Notes: generated by a model from the letters alone, not told the origin. A DNA stretch of 62,384 nucleotides, filler included, from 7 parts of 7 records of this genome joined end to end with filler, not necessarily neighbours in it; one strand, 5' to 3'; positions 10,006-20,255 are shown, counted from the whole stretch's first letter. Program-made: numbers and translations.

Positions 10006-11339
10006 GTTTTTTCGAGATTGCACCGGAGATCATCGGCTTCCTGATGATCGGGGCGATGCTGTTCGCCATTTTCATCGGCTTTCCGATTTCCTTCACACTG
10101 ATCTTTCTGGGCATCGTCTTCGGCGCCTGGGGCTTTGGCCTCAAGCTGACGATCTTCCTGATGACCCTGCAATTCTATGGCTCGATGATGGAGCAGACGC
10201 TGGCCGCCGTGCCGCTGTTTGTCTTCATGGGCTTCATGATGGAGCAAGCCGGGCTGATGGAGCGGTTGTTCAAGGCGGTGCAGCTGATTCTTGCCCGGAT
10301 GACCGGATCGCTGTTTGTCGCTGTGCTCTTTGTCTCGGTCATTTTCGGTGCCGCCACCGGCATCGTCGGGGCTTCCGTCACCATTCTCGGTATCATGGCC
10401 GCCAAGACCATGAGCGAATCCGGTTATGACGTGCGGCTTGCAGCCGGCACCATCACCGCCGGCGGGACGCTCGGAATTCTCATTCCACCATCAATCATGC
10501 TCGTCGTCATGGGTCCGGTTCTCGAAGTCCCGGTCACCGATCTGTTTGCCGCGGCAATCCTGCCCGGCGTGATGATGGCGGTTCTCTATCTTGTCTATGC
10601 GCTGGGACGCTGCTGGCTCAACCCTGATCTCGGACCGCCTTTGCGCGAGGATCAGATTCCGGCGGACCGCAGCCACGTCTGGCGTGAATTCATTCTCGGC
10701 CTGGTGCCGCCGACTATTCTCATTGCTTTCGCCATGGGATCGATCCTGTTCGGCTGGGCAACACCGACGGAAGGTGCGGGCATGGGCGCGTTCGGCTCGG
10801 TTCTGCTGACCATCGGCTATCGCAAGTTCACCTGGAAGCGCACTTATGATGCGTTGCTCAAGACGCTCGAGATCTCGGTCCTGATCCTGTTTCTGGTCGC
10901 AGCCTCCAACTTCTTCGGTGCCGTCTTCTCGCGGCTTGGAACACCGGGCCTGATCACCGACTGGCTGTTGATGCTGGATCTGTCGCCAAGCCTGATCATC
11001 ATCATGATCCTGGCGATGGTGTTTGTTCTGGGTTGGCCGCTGGAATGGGTGCCGATTGTCTTGATCATTCTGCCGATCCTGCAGCCGGTTCTGGTGGAGA
11101 TGAATGTCAACATGACCTGGTTCGCCATTCTGGTGGCTGTGTGTCTGCAAACCGCATGGCTGTCGCCGCCGGTGGCCTTGTCGGCCTACTTCCTCAAGGG
11201 CGTGGCGCCGGACTGGGACCTCAAGGACATCTATTTCGGTATGATGCAGTTCATGACCGTGCAGATTTTCGGCCTGATCCTGGTCTTTGCCTTTCCCTGG
11301 CTGGCCCTGTGGCTGCCAGGTTATCTTTACGGAAACTGA
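10002..11339 (+). CDS. TRAP large permease (DctM)
   Basis: AVPLFVFMG, GGTLGILIPPS, LSPPVA; ATGA overlap with dctQ. Confidence 0.93.
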   Translation: MSFFEIAPEIIGFLMIGAMLFAIFIGFPISFTLIFLGIVFGAWGFGLKLTIFLMTLQFYGSMMEQTLAAVPLFVFMGFMMEQAGLMERLFKAVQLILARMTGSLFVAVLFVSVIFGAATGIVGASVTILGIMAAKTMSESGYDVRLAAGTITAGGTLGILIPPSIMLVVMGPVLEVPVTDLFAAAILPGVMMAVLYLVYALGRCWLNPDLGPPLREDQIPADRSHVWREFILGLVPPTILIAFAMGSILFGWATPTEGAGMGAFGSVLLTIGYRKFTWKRTYDALLKTLEISVLILFLVAASNFFGAVFSRLGTPGLITDWLLMLDLSPSLIIIMILAMVFVLGWPLEWVPIVLIILPILQPVLVEMNVNMTWFAILVAVCLQTAWLSPPVALSAYFLKGVAPDWDLKDIYFGMMQFMTVQIFGLILVFAFPWLALWLPGYLYGN

Positions 11340-11395
11340 ATGGTTGCCGGACACGTGCCGGCGGCAAACCGATCTGGCGTTGCGATGCCGCCAAA

Positions 11396-11432
11396 CTGGA
11401 ACTAGAGCAGATGGGGCCAGTTGTGGTCTCTA
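11396..11432 (+). promoter_or_regulatory. Possible TauR/MocR operator upstream of xsc
   Basis: CTGGAACTAG...GGCCAG...GTGGTCTCTA; resembles CTGGAC-type MocR boxes. Confidence 0.35.
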
Positions 11433-11456
11433 GCGCTTAACAAGGAGGATTGTCCC

Positions 11457-13241
11457 ATGCCAAAAATGACCACCGAGGAAGCATTCGTCAAAGTGCTCCA
11501 GATGCACGGCATCGAACATGCTTTCGGTATTATCGGTTCGGCCATGATGCCGGTCTCGGATCTCTTTCCGCAAGCCGGGATCACCTTCTGGGATTGCGCT
11601 CACGAAACCAATGCCGGCCTGATGTGCGACGGCTACATCCGCACCACCGGCAAGATGGCGATGGCCATCGCCCAGAACGGACCGGGTGTTACCGGCTTCG
11701 TCACACCGGTCAAAACCGCCTACTGGAACCACACCCCGATGCTGCTGATCACCCCGCAGGCGGCCAACAAGACCATCGGTCAGGGCGGTTTTCAGGAAAT
11801 GGAACAGATGCGGCTGTTTGCCGATTGCGTCTGCTACCAGGAAGAAGTGCGCGACGCGTCGCGTATTCCCGAAGTTCTCAACCGGGTGATCATGAAGGCC
11901 TGGCGCGGTTCGGCCCCGGCGCAGATGAACGTCCCGCGCGACATGTGGACACAAGTCATTGATGTCGAGCTGCCGCAGATGGTCCGCTTCGAGCGCCCAT
12001 CCGGTGGCGAACAGGCGATTGCGCAGGCTGCGGAGCTGCTGTCGAAGGCCAAATTCCCGGTGATCCTGTCCGGCGCAGGCGTGGTGTTGTCGGGCGCGAT
12101 TCCGGATCTCGCCAAACTGGCCGAACGTCTCGATGCGCCGGTCTGCTCGAATTACCAGCACAATGACAGCTTTCCCGGATCGCATCCGCTGGCTGTTGGC
12201 CCGCTCGGCTACAACGGCTCCAAGGCCGCGATGGAACTGATCGCCAAGGCCGACGTCGTGCTGGCGCTCGGCACCAGGCTCAATCCGTTTTCGACCCTGC
12301 CCGGCTACGGCATCGATTACTGGCCCAAGAATGCCGAAGTCATTCAGGTCGACATCAATGCCGACCGCATTGGCCTGACCAAGAAGGTCACAGTCGGCAT
12401 TGAAGGCGATGCAACCAAGGTTGCCCGCGCCATTCTTGCCCAGCTGTCGGACAATGCCGGTGACGCAGGCCGTGAAGATCGTCGCAATCTCGTCTCGCTG
12501 ACCAAGTCCCGCTGGGCGCAGGAGCTTTCCTCGCTCGACCATGAAGATGATGATCCGGGCACGGTTTGGAACGAGGAATCGCGCCAGCGCGACGCCGATC
12601 TGATGTCACCGCGCCAGGCCTGGCGCGCCATTCAGTCAGCCCTGCCCAAGAACGCGATCATCTCGTCGGACATTGGTAACAACTGCGCCATCGGCAATGC
12701 CTATCCGACTTTTGAGGAGGGCCGCAAATATCTTGCACCCGGTCTGTTCGGCCCCTGCGGCTACGGCTTTCCGTCGATCCTCGGCGCCAAGGTCGGTCAG
12801 CCCGACGTCCCGGTTGTTGGTTTCGCCGGTGATGGCGCCTTCGGTATTTCGATGAACGAAATGACCGCCTGCGGCCGCGAGAACTGGCCGGCGATCACCA
12901 TGGTGATCTTCCGCAATTATCAGTGGGGCGCTGAAAAGCGCAACACGACGCTCTGGTACGACAACAACTTCGTCGGCACAGAACTCGACCGCGACACGTC
13001 CTATGCCGCGATCGCTGAGGCCTGTGGCGCCACGGGCATAGTGGTCAGGGATCAGCAGGGCCTGACCGAGGAGCTTGCAAAGGCGGTTGAGCGGCAGATG
13101 AAAGATGGCGAGACCACCTTCATAGAAGTGCTGCTCAATCAGGAACTGGGCGAGCCCTTCCGCCGCGATGCCATGAAAAAGCCGGTTGTTGTCGCAGGCA
13201 TCAGCCGTGATGACATGCGCCCCCAGAAGGGCGCTGCCTGA
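11457..13241 (+). CDS. xsc: Sulfoacetaldehyde acetyltransferase
   Basis: MTTEEAFVKVLQMHGIEHAFGIIGSA; ThDP motif GDGAFG...N; AGGAGG SD. Confidence 0.96.
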   Translation: MPKMTTEEAFVKVLQMHGIEHAFGIIGSAMMPVSDLFPQAGITFWDCAHETNAGLMCDGYIRTTGKMAMAIAQNGPGVTGFVTPVKTAYWNHTPMLLITPQAANKTIGQGGFQEMEQMRLFADCVCYQEEVRDASRIPEVLNRVIMKAWRGSAPAQMNVPRDMWTQVIDVELPQMVRFERPSGGEQAIAQAAELLSKAKFPVILSGAGVVLSGAIPDLAKLAERLDAPVCSNYQHNDSFPGSHPLAVGPLGYNGSKAAMELIAKADVVLALGTRLNPFSTLPGYGIDYWPKNAEVIQVDINADRIGLTKKVTVGIEGDATKVARAILAQLSDNAGDAGREDRRNLVSLTKSRWAQELSSLDHEDDDPGTVWNEESRQRDADLMSPRQAWRAIQSALPKNAIISSDIGNNCAIGNAYPTFEEGRKYLAPGLFGPCGYGFPSILGAKVGQPDVPVVGFAGDGAFGISMNEMTACGRENWPAITMVIFRNYQWGAEKRNTTLWYDNNFVGTELDRDTSYAAIAEACGATGIVVRDQQGLTEELAKAVERQMKDGETTFIEVLLNQELGEPFRRDAMKKPVVVAGISRDDMRPQKGAA

Positions 13242-13259
13242 CCACTTCAGACGGGGTAT

Positions 13260-13292
13260 AAAAGGGGCTACGCGAGTGCGTGGCCCTTTTCT
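13260..13292. terminator. Bidirectional terminator between xsc and tauR
   Basis: AAAAGGGGCTACGC-gagt-GCGTGGCCCTTTT. Confidence 0.65.
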
Positions 13293-13295
13293 TGT

Positions 13296-14759
13296 TCAGA
13301 ACTCGGCAATCGTGTCGGCGATGATGTCGATTCCGGCTGAAATCTTGGCGCTTTCGATCGACGAATAGGCGATCCGGTAATAATGGGCGCCGTCTTCCGG
13401 GTTTTCAAAAAAGAAATGGCCGGGTTCGAGCAGCACGCCGCGGCGTTTGACCGCCAGGGTCAGATCGCGCGCATCGATATGGTCGGGCGTCTTCATCCAG
13501 AAGCTGGAGCCTCCCGAAACATCCGAGCCGGCCACATCCAGCCCGCGCCGGTCGATCGCCTCCTGCATCACCTCGCGCCGCCGCCGATAGGTTTGCCCCA
13601 TACGCGCCACCAGAGCATCAAAATGGCCCAGTGACAGGAAGTTCGCCACCGTGCGCTGCAGATGCCCCGGCGGATGCCTGACAACCACCATTCGAAGCGC
13701 CCGCGCCTCGCGAATGAAGGTTTCCGAACCGACCATGTAACCAAGCCGCAATCCGGGAAACAGCGATTTCGAAAACGAGCCGACATAGATCACCCGGCCT
13801 TCTTCATCGAGTGATTTGAGCGCCGGTTCCGGCGGGTTGAGAAACGACATTTCGAACTCGTAATCGTCCTCGACGATGATGAAATCATCCCGCGAGGCTT
13901 TCTCCAGCAGCTGCTGGCGCCGCTCCAGCGGCATCGTCACGCTTGTCGGGCAGTGATGACTTGGTGTTGTGAACACCACATCGGTCTCAGCCGGCAACGC
14001 ATCCAGCCGCAAGCCGGCATGATCGACCGGCACACTCACCACGTTGCACCGCGCCAGATTGAGCGCCACCCGCAGGCCGGGATAGCCGGGGTTTTCCATC
14101 ACCGCGGTGCGCCGCTGGTTGAGCAGCACCTGGGCTGCCAGCCACAACGCATTCTGTCCGCCCATGGTGATCAGGATCTGTTCCGGCTTGGCGTGGATGC
14201 CGCGCCGGGGCAGGGTATTGAGCGCGATATATTTGACCAGCTCGGCATCGTCACGTTCGTAACTGTCGGAGGTGACCGTCAGGAATTCCCGCTTGCCCAG
14301 TGCCTGAAGTGCACATTGACGCCAGTTGCTGTGATCGAAGATCTTTTCGTCTGCCTGACCGTAAATGAACGGATAGGGAAAGCTCCGCCAGTCGACCGGT
14401 TTTTCGACCAGCACCTGGCCGGAATAGCGTTGTCCGATCGCCCGGCTCCAGTCGACCGAATCCGTCATTTCGCCGCGGGGTGGCTCAAACCGGGTTCGCT
14501 GCGGCGCTGTGGGTGAAACATAATATCCCGAGCGGCCTTTGGCGATCAGGTAGTCATCGGAGACCAGTTCGCTGTAGGCCAAGGTCACGGTAATCCGGCT
14601 GATCCCAAGATGGGTTGCCAGTTTGCGGCTTGAAGGCAGTTTTGATCCGGGCATGAAGCGACCGGACAGAACGCCCTCGCTGATCATTCTCTGGATCTTC
14701 TGTTGCAGAGTTCCCTCGAACTTTGGGTCGAGAAAAAACGTGTCTATCGGAATCGACAT
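13296..14759 (-). CDS. tauR: MocR/GntR PLP-dependent regulator, TauR
   Basis: wHTH LPSSRKLA plus aminotransferase domain (EDDYEFE, GSFSKSLFPGLRLG); lies between xsc and tpa. Confidence 0.88.
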   Translation of the reverse strand: MSIPIDTFFLDPKFEGTLQQKIQRMISEGVLSGRFMPGSKLPSSRKLATHLGISRITVTLAYSELVSDDYLIAKGRSGYYVSPTAPQRTRFEPPRGEMTDSVDWSRAIGQRYSGQVLVEKPVDWRSFPYPFIYGQADEKIFDHSNWRQCALQALGKREFLTVTSDSYERDDAELVKYIALNTLPRRGIHAKPEQILITMGGQNALWLAAQVLLNQRRTAVMENPGYPGLRVALNLARCNVVSVPVDHAGLRLDALPAETDVVFTTPSHHCPTSVTMPLERRQQLLEKASRDDFIIVEDDYEFEMSFLNPPEPALKSLDEEGRVIYVGSFSKSLFPGLRLGYMVGSETFIREARALRMVVVRHPPGHLQRTVANFLSLGHFDALVARMGQTYRRRREVMQEAIDRRGLDVAGSDVSGGSSFWMKTPDHIDARDLTLAVKRRGVLLEPGHFFFENPEDGAHYYRIAYSSIESAKISAGIDIIADTIAEF

Positions 14760-14846
14760 TCAATCGCCCAGCCGGTTTTTGCCAGCATATCGAAATGCTT
14801 AGCCAAGCGGAAGGGGCGGCGGAACGTTTGTCCCGCCGCTGGGCGC

Positions 14847-15269
14847 TTAGCCGAACACCCGCGTCAAGGCCTGGTCGACGCTGTCGGTAATCTGGTCGAT
14901 GTCATCGGCTGTGGCAATCAGGGCCGGGCTGAAACACAAGGTGTTGTTGAAGCCTGGCAGAGACCGGTTTGTCGCGCCGATGATGACGCCTTGCGCCATG
15001 CAGTCGGCGACGACGGCCTGTACCCGTTTTTCTTCCACGGGGTCGCGGGTCTTGCGGTCGCTGACCAGTTCAGCGCCGACAAACAGGCCCTTGCCACGCA
15101 CATCGCCAATCACGCCGTGCTTGTCCTGCAGCACCCGCAGATTGTTCATCATGCGCTCACCCATCGCCTGGGTGTTCTCGATCAGGTTTTCATCCTCGAC
15201 AATGCGCATGTTTTCAAGCGCCGCCGCGGGCCCGGCGGCACAGCCGCCAAAGGTCGAGATGTCGCGGAA
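14847..15269 (-). CDS. tpa: Class III aminotransferase, taurine:pyruvate aminotransferase, 5'-truncated
   Basis: FRDISTFGGC, IGDVRGKGLF, GATNRSLPG; taurine gene context. Confidence 0.85.
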   Translation of the reverse strand, partial: FRDISTFGGCAAGPAAALENMRIVEDENLIENTQAMGERMMNNLRVLQDKHGVIGDVRGKGLFVGAELVSDRKTRDPVEEKRVQAVVADCMAQGVIIGATNRSLPGFNNTLCFSPALIATADDIDQITDSVDQALTRVFG

Positions 15270-15369
15270 NNNNNNNNNNNNNNNNNNNNNNNNNNNNNNN
15301 NNNNNNNNNNNNNTTAATTAATTAANNNNNNNNNNNNNNNNNNNNNNNNNNNNNNNNNNNNNNNNNNNN
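15270..15369. other. Artificial contig linker
   Basis: N44-TTAATTAATTAA-N44. Confidence 0.99.
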
Positions 15370-15370
15370 G

Positions 15371-15970
15371 CTGTGGGCGCGCGGCTTCGACAACGGCGGG
15401 CCGCAGGCGGAACTGATGCGCCGGATCGCGCACTGGCTGATGAAGGAACCGGAACTGGATGAGGAAGGGCTCTTCGCCAGCGTCGAAAACGGCGAACTCA
15501 GGATCGAGCGCCGCAGCCTCAATCCCGCGGCGGCTGATGTTTCCGTGGAAAGCCCGAGCGGCGAGAAGATGACCGTCAAGCTGGAGCCGCAGGCCTCGGG
15601 CAAGTTCACCGCCCGCATTCCGGTCGAGGAAATCGGCCTGTACAGGATCAGCGACGATACCCATGTGGCGCTGGCACCGGCCGGGGCGCTCAACCCGCTG
15701 GAACTGGCCGATCTCCGCGCGACGGAGGGGCCGGCGAAAACCATTGCCGATTCCGCCAACGGGGGTGTGCGCTGGCTGATCGACGGATTGCCGAGCCTGC
15801 GCGGCGTTCAGCCGGACCGCCAGACGCATGGGTCGGGCTGGCTTGGGTTTGTGCGCAACGAAGCCTTTACCGTGACCGGGGTCACCAGCGTGCCGCTGGC
15901 GCCGTGGTGGCTTGTGATCGCGCTCGGCATCGGGCTTGCCAGCCTCGCCTGGTGGCGCGAGGGACGCTGA
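15371..15970 (+). CDS. C-terminus of a conserved membrane protein (MoxR/DUF4159-operon type), partial
   Basis: LWARG..GGPQAELMRRIAHWLMKEPELDEE; terminal TM followed by WWREGR. Confidence 0.7.
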   Translation: MWARGFDNGGPQAELMRRIAHWLMKEPELDEEGLFASVENGELRIERRSLNPAAADVSVESPSGEKMTVKLEPQASGKFTARIPVEEIGLYRISDDTHVALAPAGALNPLELADLRATEGPAKTIADSANGGVRWLIDGLPSLRGVQPDRQTHGSGWLGFVRNEAFTVTGVTSVPLAPWWLVIALGIGLASLAWWREGR

Positions 15971-16014
15971 TCTCCAGCGGGTTCCCGGTTCGTGCCTTCG
16001 GCCCGTCCGGGATA

Positions 16015-16950
16015 TTACTGATCCCAGTACGGATTTTCCCCGAACCGTTCAGCCAAAAAATCGACGAAGGCACGCACCCGGGGCGACAGGTGGCGGCGGT
16101 GCGGATACACCGCGTAGATCGACAGCAGGTCACCTTCGTAGGCGTCGAGAACCGTTTCAAGGGCGCCTGATCTCAGCGCGTCACAACAGAAAAAAGTCGG
16201 TGCCTGATTGACGCCGAGGCCCTTTATGGCTGCTTCCAGCAGCACCTCGCCGTTATTGGCGCGCATCCGTCCCGACACGCTGACGTCGATCCGGTTTTGC
16301 TTATCCGAGCCGGGCGCGCCGTCGGGATCGCTGAATGTCCAGGTGTCGGGATCGGCCAGATAATCGTAGATCAGCGCGTCATGGTGTTTCAGCTCATCGG
16401 GATGTGTGGGGCGGCCCTTGCGGTCCCAGTAATCGGGGCTGGCGACGACGACGCGGCGGCAGGGTGCGATGCGCCGCGCAATCAGGCTGGAGTCGGGCAA
16501 GCGGGCGATGCGGATGGCCATGTCAAAGCCGTCATCGACGATGTCGACCTGACGGTCATTCAATACCAGATCGATTTCGATCTCCGGATACAGAACCATG
16601 AAGTCCGCGATCGCCGGACCCAGATGCAGTATCCCGAAAGACATCGGCGCATTGACCCGGAGGATGCCGCGCGGTGCGCCGCCGAGGCTATCCAGCGCAT
16701 CCACGGCGTCACGGGCTTCGTCCAGAATCCGTCTGCAATGATCATGGAAGGCGCGGCCTTCGTCGGTCAGGGAAAGCCTGCGGGTGGTGCGGTTCAGCAA
16801 CCGCACGCCAAGCCGGTCTTCGAGTTTCTGAACCTGCGTGCTGACGGCGGCTTTAGAGGCGCGCAACTGGCGGGCCGCCGCGGTAAAGCTGCCGGCCTCA
16901 ACCACCGCCGCGAATACGGTCATGCCCTCAAGGGGATCGTTTGCCGGCAT
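16015..16950 (-). CDS. LysR regulator (CrgA/DmlR type)
   Basis: GSFTAAA...LGVRLLNRTTRRLSLT. Confidence 0.95.
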   Translation of the reverse strand: MPANDPLEGMTVFAAVVEAGSFTAAARQLRASKAAVSTQVQKLEDRLGVRLLNRTTRRLSLTDEGRAFHDHCRRILDEARDAVDALDSLGGAPRGILRVNAPMSFGILHLGPAIADFMVLYPEIEIDLVLNDRQVDIVDDGFDMAIRIARLPDSSLIARRIAPCRRVVVASPDYWDRKGRPTHPDELKHHDALIYDYLADPDTWTFSDPDGAPGSDKQNRIDVSVSGRMRANNGEVLLEAAIKGLGVNQAPTFFCCDALRSGALETVLDAYEGDLLSIYAVYPHRRHLSPRVRAFVDFLAERFGENPYWDQ

Positions 16951-16960
16951 ATTGCCTCTT

Positions 16961-16982
16961 ATTGTTCAATATAATGAACAAT
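16961..16982. promoter_or_regulatory. LysR operator palindrome
   Basis: ATTGTTCA-atataa-TGAACAAT in the divergent intergenic region. Confidence 0.7.
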
Positions 16983-17084
16983 ATATTCATAATTAGGTGG
17001 ATTGTCCCGTAAATTATTCACGCATATGTTCTCTGCAACGCCCGCACAACGGTGCCGGGTCAGCAATCAACAGAGGATATGAAC

Positions 17085-17717
17085 ATGAAAACCCTACTCG
17101 TAATGGATACCAGCCCGCGCCGTGACGCCGTTTCCAGGCAACTGACCAACCGCTTCATCGAACAGGTCAGCGCCCGGTTCCCCGACGTCCGTATCATTCA
17201 CCGAGATATCGGTGCAACCCCGCCGGTGCATGTCGACGATGAACTGATCGACGCATTGCGCCGTGAACCGGAAACCCTCAGCGACCGTCAGCAGGCGGCC
17301 CGTGCCGCTTCCGATCAGATGATCTCGGAAATGAGCGATGCCGACGCCATCGTCATCGGCGCGCCGATGCACAATTTCACGATCCCGGCGTCGCTGCGCA
17401 CGTGGATCGACCATGTGGCCCGCCCCGGCAAGACCTTCGGCTACGATCCTGATACGGGTCCCAAGGGGCTGCTCGACGACAAGCCGGTGTACGTGCTGTC
17501 GACGCGGGGCGGCAAATACGGCGACGGTTCGCCCGAAAACGCCAATCCGGCGGATTTCCAGAGCGATTACCTGCGCCACATCTTCGGCTTCATGGGGCTG
17601 AAAGATGTGCGGATCATCGCCGCCAACGGCATGGACATGGGGCCGGAACCCCGCGCCGAAGGCATGGCCGAAGCCAACACGAAAATCGACGCCGCCGTCA
17701 AGGAAATGGCGGCCTAG
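17085..17717 (+). CDS. azoR: FMN-dependent NADH azoreductase/quinone reductase
   Basis: SPR..SRQL, APMHNFTIPA.L..WID, STRGG. Confidence 0.9.
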   Translation: MKTLLVMDTSPRRDAVSRQLTNRFIEQVSARFPDVRIIHRDIGATPPVHVDDELIDALRREPETLSDRQQAARAASDQMISEMSDADAIVIGAPMHNFTIPASLRTWIDHVARPGKTFGYDPDTGPKGLLDDKPVYVLSTRGGKYGDGSPENANPADFQSDYLRHIFGFMGLKDVRIIAANGMDMGPEPRAEGMAEANTKIDAAVKEMAA

Positions 17718-17739
17718 TCCCTGACACAGGAGACGGACA

Positions 17740-18444
17740 ATGATCGACGTTACACATTTTGACGACCTCGGCACGTTCAAGAATGATTGGCTTGATGCCC
17801 ACTATCATTTCAGTTTCGCCGGGTATCACGACCCGAAAAGAATGGGCCTCGGCCCGCTCCGGGTCTGGAACGACGACACGATCAACGCCAAGACCGGGTT
17901 CGATCCGCACGGACATCGCGACATGGAAATCATCACCTATGTCCGCACCGGCGCGATCTCGCACGAGGACAGCCTCGGCAACAAGGGTCGCACCGAAGCC
18001 GGTGATGTCCAGGTGATGAGTGCCGGGACCGGGATCGTCCATGCCGAGATGAACAAGGAGGACGAGAAAACGACCCTGTTCCAGATCTGGATCATGCCGG
18101 ATCAGGCCGGTCACGAACCACGATGGGATGCGCGGCAGTTTCCGAAGGCGCCGGTGACGGGCACGCTGCCTGCCCTGGCATCGGGCCGGGAACATCACCC
18201 GGATGCCATGCGCATTCATCAGGATGCCGCCGTGCATGGCGGGCGCATCAACGCGGGCGACACCGTGACCCATAATCTGGGCCAGGGCCGCGCGGCTTAC
18301 ATGGTGGTCAGCGAGGGTGCTGTTGAAGTGAACGGGACCTTCGTCGACACCCGCGCCGGGGCGTCGATCCGCGACGAGGAGAGCCTCGAGATCAAGGCGC
18401 TCGAGGACGCGGAAATCGTCCTCGTCGACGTTCCGATCAGCTGA
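17740..18444 (+). CDS. Pirin family protein (YhhW-like)
   Basis: HFSFAGYHDP, HGHRDMEIITYV, MSAGTGIVHAE. Confidence 0.93.
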   Translation: MIDVTHFDDLGTFKNDWLDAHYHFSFAGYHDPKRMGLGPLRVWNDDTINAKTGFDPHGHRDMEIITYVRTGAISHEDSLGNKGRTEAGDVQVMSAGTGIVHAEMNKEDEKTTLFQIWIMPDQAGHEPRWDARQFPKAPVTGTLPALASGREHHPDAMRIHQDAAVHGGRINAGDTVTHNLGQGRAAYMVVSEGAVEVNGTFVDTRAGASIRDEESLEIKALEDAEIVLVDVPIS

Positions 18445-18471
18445 GCGCTGTTACCACTGCTCCGCCGACAA

Positions 18472-18897
18472 TCAGGCCCCGCCGCTTTCGCCGGTGGGGT
18501 TTCTGTTTTCCGTGAAGTTCGCGGCGACGGCCTCGATCTCGACGGTCCAGGCCGGGTCGGCGAGACCGCTGACGATCAGCAGCGTCGATGCCGTGAGGTG
18601 CCCGTTCAGATACCGGTCCCTGATCTGACGATACAGCCCCACGTCTTCGGGCCTGGTCAGGAACACCGTTACCTTGACGATGTTGCCCATGTTCATGCCG
18701 GCATCGGCGAGCACGGCCATGATCCGTTGCCAGCAGACCTCCATCTGCTGGGCGCTGTCGCCGGCAAGCGCGCCGTCGGCATGGGTGCCGACCTGTCCGG
18801 AAATATGCAGCCACGAGGTGGCGCCGTCTGCCCGGACCCCGTGGGTGTAGGCCGAAGACGGCGGTGCGATCCCCGGCGGGTTGTGCGTTGAATACAT
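18472..18897 (-). CDS. RidA/YjgF family protein
   Basis: YTHGV, ISGQVG, VEIEAVA. Confidence 0.88.
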   Translation of the reverse strand: MYSTHNPPGIAPPSSAYTHGVRADGATSWLHISGQVGTHADGALAGDSAQQMEVCWQRIMAVLADAGMNMGNIVKVTVFLTRPEDVGLYRQIRDRYLNGHLTASTLLIVSGLADPAWTVEIEAVAANFTENRNPTGESGGA

Positions 18898-19037
18898 GGT
18901 GAGTTCTCCCCAAAGTCTTGTTGGACAGGCGCGAAAGATAGGTGATCATAGTGCCGGAACTGCAGGTCAAAGTCATGTGGCCAACCTTATGGCCCGCTTG
19001 TGTAGATAATAATGACCTGAGGTGGGAGGAGACCTGA

Positions 19038-20018
19038 ATGCCCGAGATCAGTCTGGCCTGTTGGGATTACGACCGCGCCCTGCCGGTGCTGGACGGACGT
19101 GTCGGCGTGGCGGGCTATACGCTCCGCACCGAAGCGGCACCGCCCGGCAAGCTGTTCCCGCTGGCGGTGGGCGATGCCCCCTATGACGTCACCGAACTGT
19201 CGTTCGCCAGTTACGTGATCGAGGTTGCCCGCGGGACCTGCCAGTACATCGGCATCCCCGTTTATCTGTCCCGTGCCTTTCGTCACGGCGCGATCTACGT
19301 GCGCACGGACAGCGGTATAGAAACGCCAAAGGACCTTGAAGGTCGTACTGTCGGGATTCCCGAATACGCGATGACGCTGGCGGTCTGGGTGCGCGGCATT
19401 CTGGCGGATGATTTCGGTGTCGATATTGCGGCCCTGAAATACAGGACGGCGGGGTTGAACGATCCCGGCCGGGTCGAGCGGCTGAAGCTCGATCTGCCGC
19501 CCAAGATCGATCTTAAGGCGCTGGGCATGGACCGGACCCTGAACGCCGCGATGCTGGACGGGGACCTCGACGCGATCATCGCCCCCGCGCCGCCCCGCGC
19601 CTTTACGGAGGGCAATCCGCTGGTGCGCAGGCTGATCGATCCCGCCGGTCCGGCGGAGCGGGATTATTTCAAACGTACCGGTATCTTCCCGGTGATGCAT
19701 ATCCTCGGTATCCGCAAGGATGTCGCCGCAGCCCATCCGGGGCTTGCGCGCGCCCTGTTCGATGCCTTCGAGGAAAGCCGGAAGATCGCCATGGCGCGGG
19801 TCAAGGCGGTCGCGGAATCATCCGCCAACCGCGACATGTCGCCATGGTATGCGGAAGCCTATGAGCAGGCCGTCCAGGCCATGGGCAGCGATTTCTGGAC
19901 CTACGGGATCGACGGCAACGAAGCTGCGCTGGAAGCGTTCTGCCGTTATATCCATGACCAGCACCTGTCGGACCGCAGGATCGGCATCGACGCTCTGTTT
20001 CACCCGGAAACCCGCTGA
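19038..20018 (+). CDS. 4,5-dihydroxyphthalate decarboxylase-like / SBP-fold protein
   Basis: WDYDR, ELSFASY, SRAFRHGAIYV, TGIFPVMH; no signal peptide. Confidence 0.75.
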   Translation: MPEISLACWDYDRALPVLDGRVGVAGYTLRTEAAPPGKLFPLAVGDAPYDVTELSFASYVIEVARGTCQYIGIPVYLSRAFRHGAIYVRTDSGIETPKDLEGRTVGIPEYAMTLAVWVRGILADDFGVDIAALKYRTAGLNDPGRVERLKLDLPPKIDLKALGMDRTLNAAMLDGDLDAIIAPAPPRAFTEGNPLVRRLIDPAGPAERDYFKRTGIFPVMHILGIRKDVAAAHPGLARALFDAFEESRKIAMARVKAVAESSANRDMSPWYAEAYEQAVQAMGSDFWTYGIDGNEAALEAFCRYIHDQHLSDRRIGIDALFHPETR

Positions 20019-20053
20019 TACGTACGGAAATCCCCCGATGAAGCCGAAAAGGG

Positions 20054-20068
20054 CGGCAAAAGCTGCCG
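20054..20068. promoter_or_regulatory. ftr-like (FlbD-type) enhancer
   Basis: CGGCA-AAAGC-TGCCG, about 85 nt upstream of a sigma54 box. Confidence 0.55.
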
Positions 20069-20151
20069 TGGGATCAGACGAAAACCGGAAAAACCGGTAA
20101 TTCTTGCTGTGCATTCGCATCTAAGTCATTGAAATAGCTATAAATATAAAT

Positions 20152-20167
20152 TGGCACGCCCGTTGCT
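20152..20167 (+). promoter_or_regulatory. Sigma54 -24/-12 promoter of flgG
   Basis: TGGCAC-GCCCG-TTGCT; IHF-like TAAGTCATTGAAA at 20122-20134. Confidence 0.85.
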
Positions 20168-20255
20168 TATTAAAGCCTGAGAACACCGGCCAGAAGCGCC
20201 GGATCGGGATCAAATGCACGGCCAAAAAGGCCGGCCGATAAAAAGGAACGGGATT

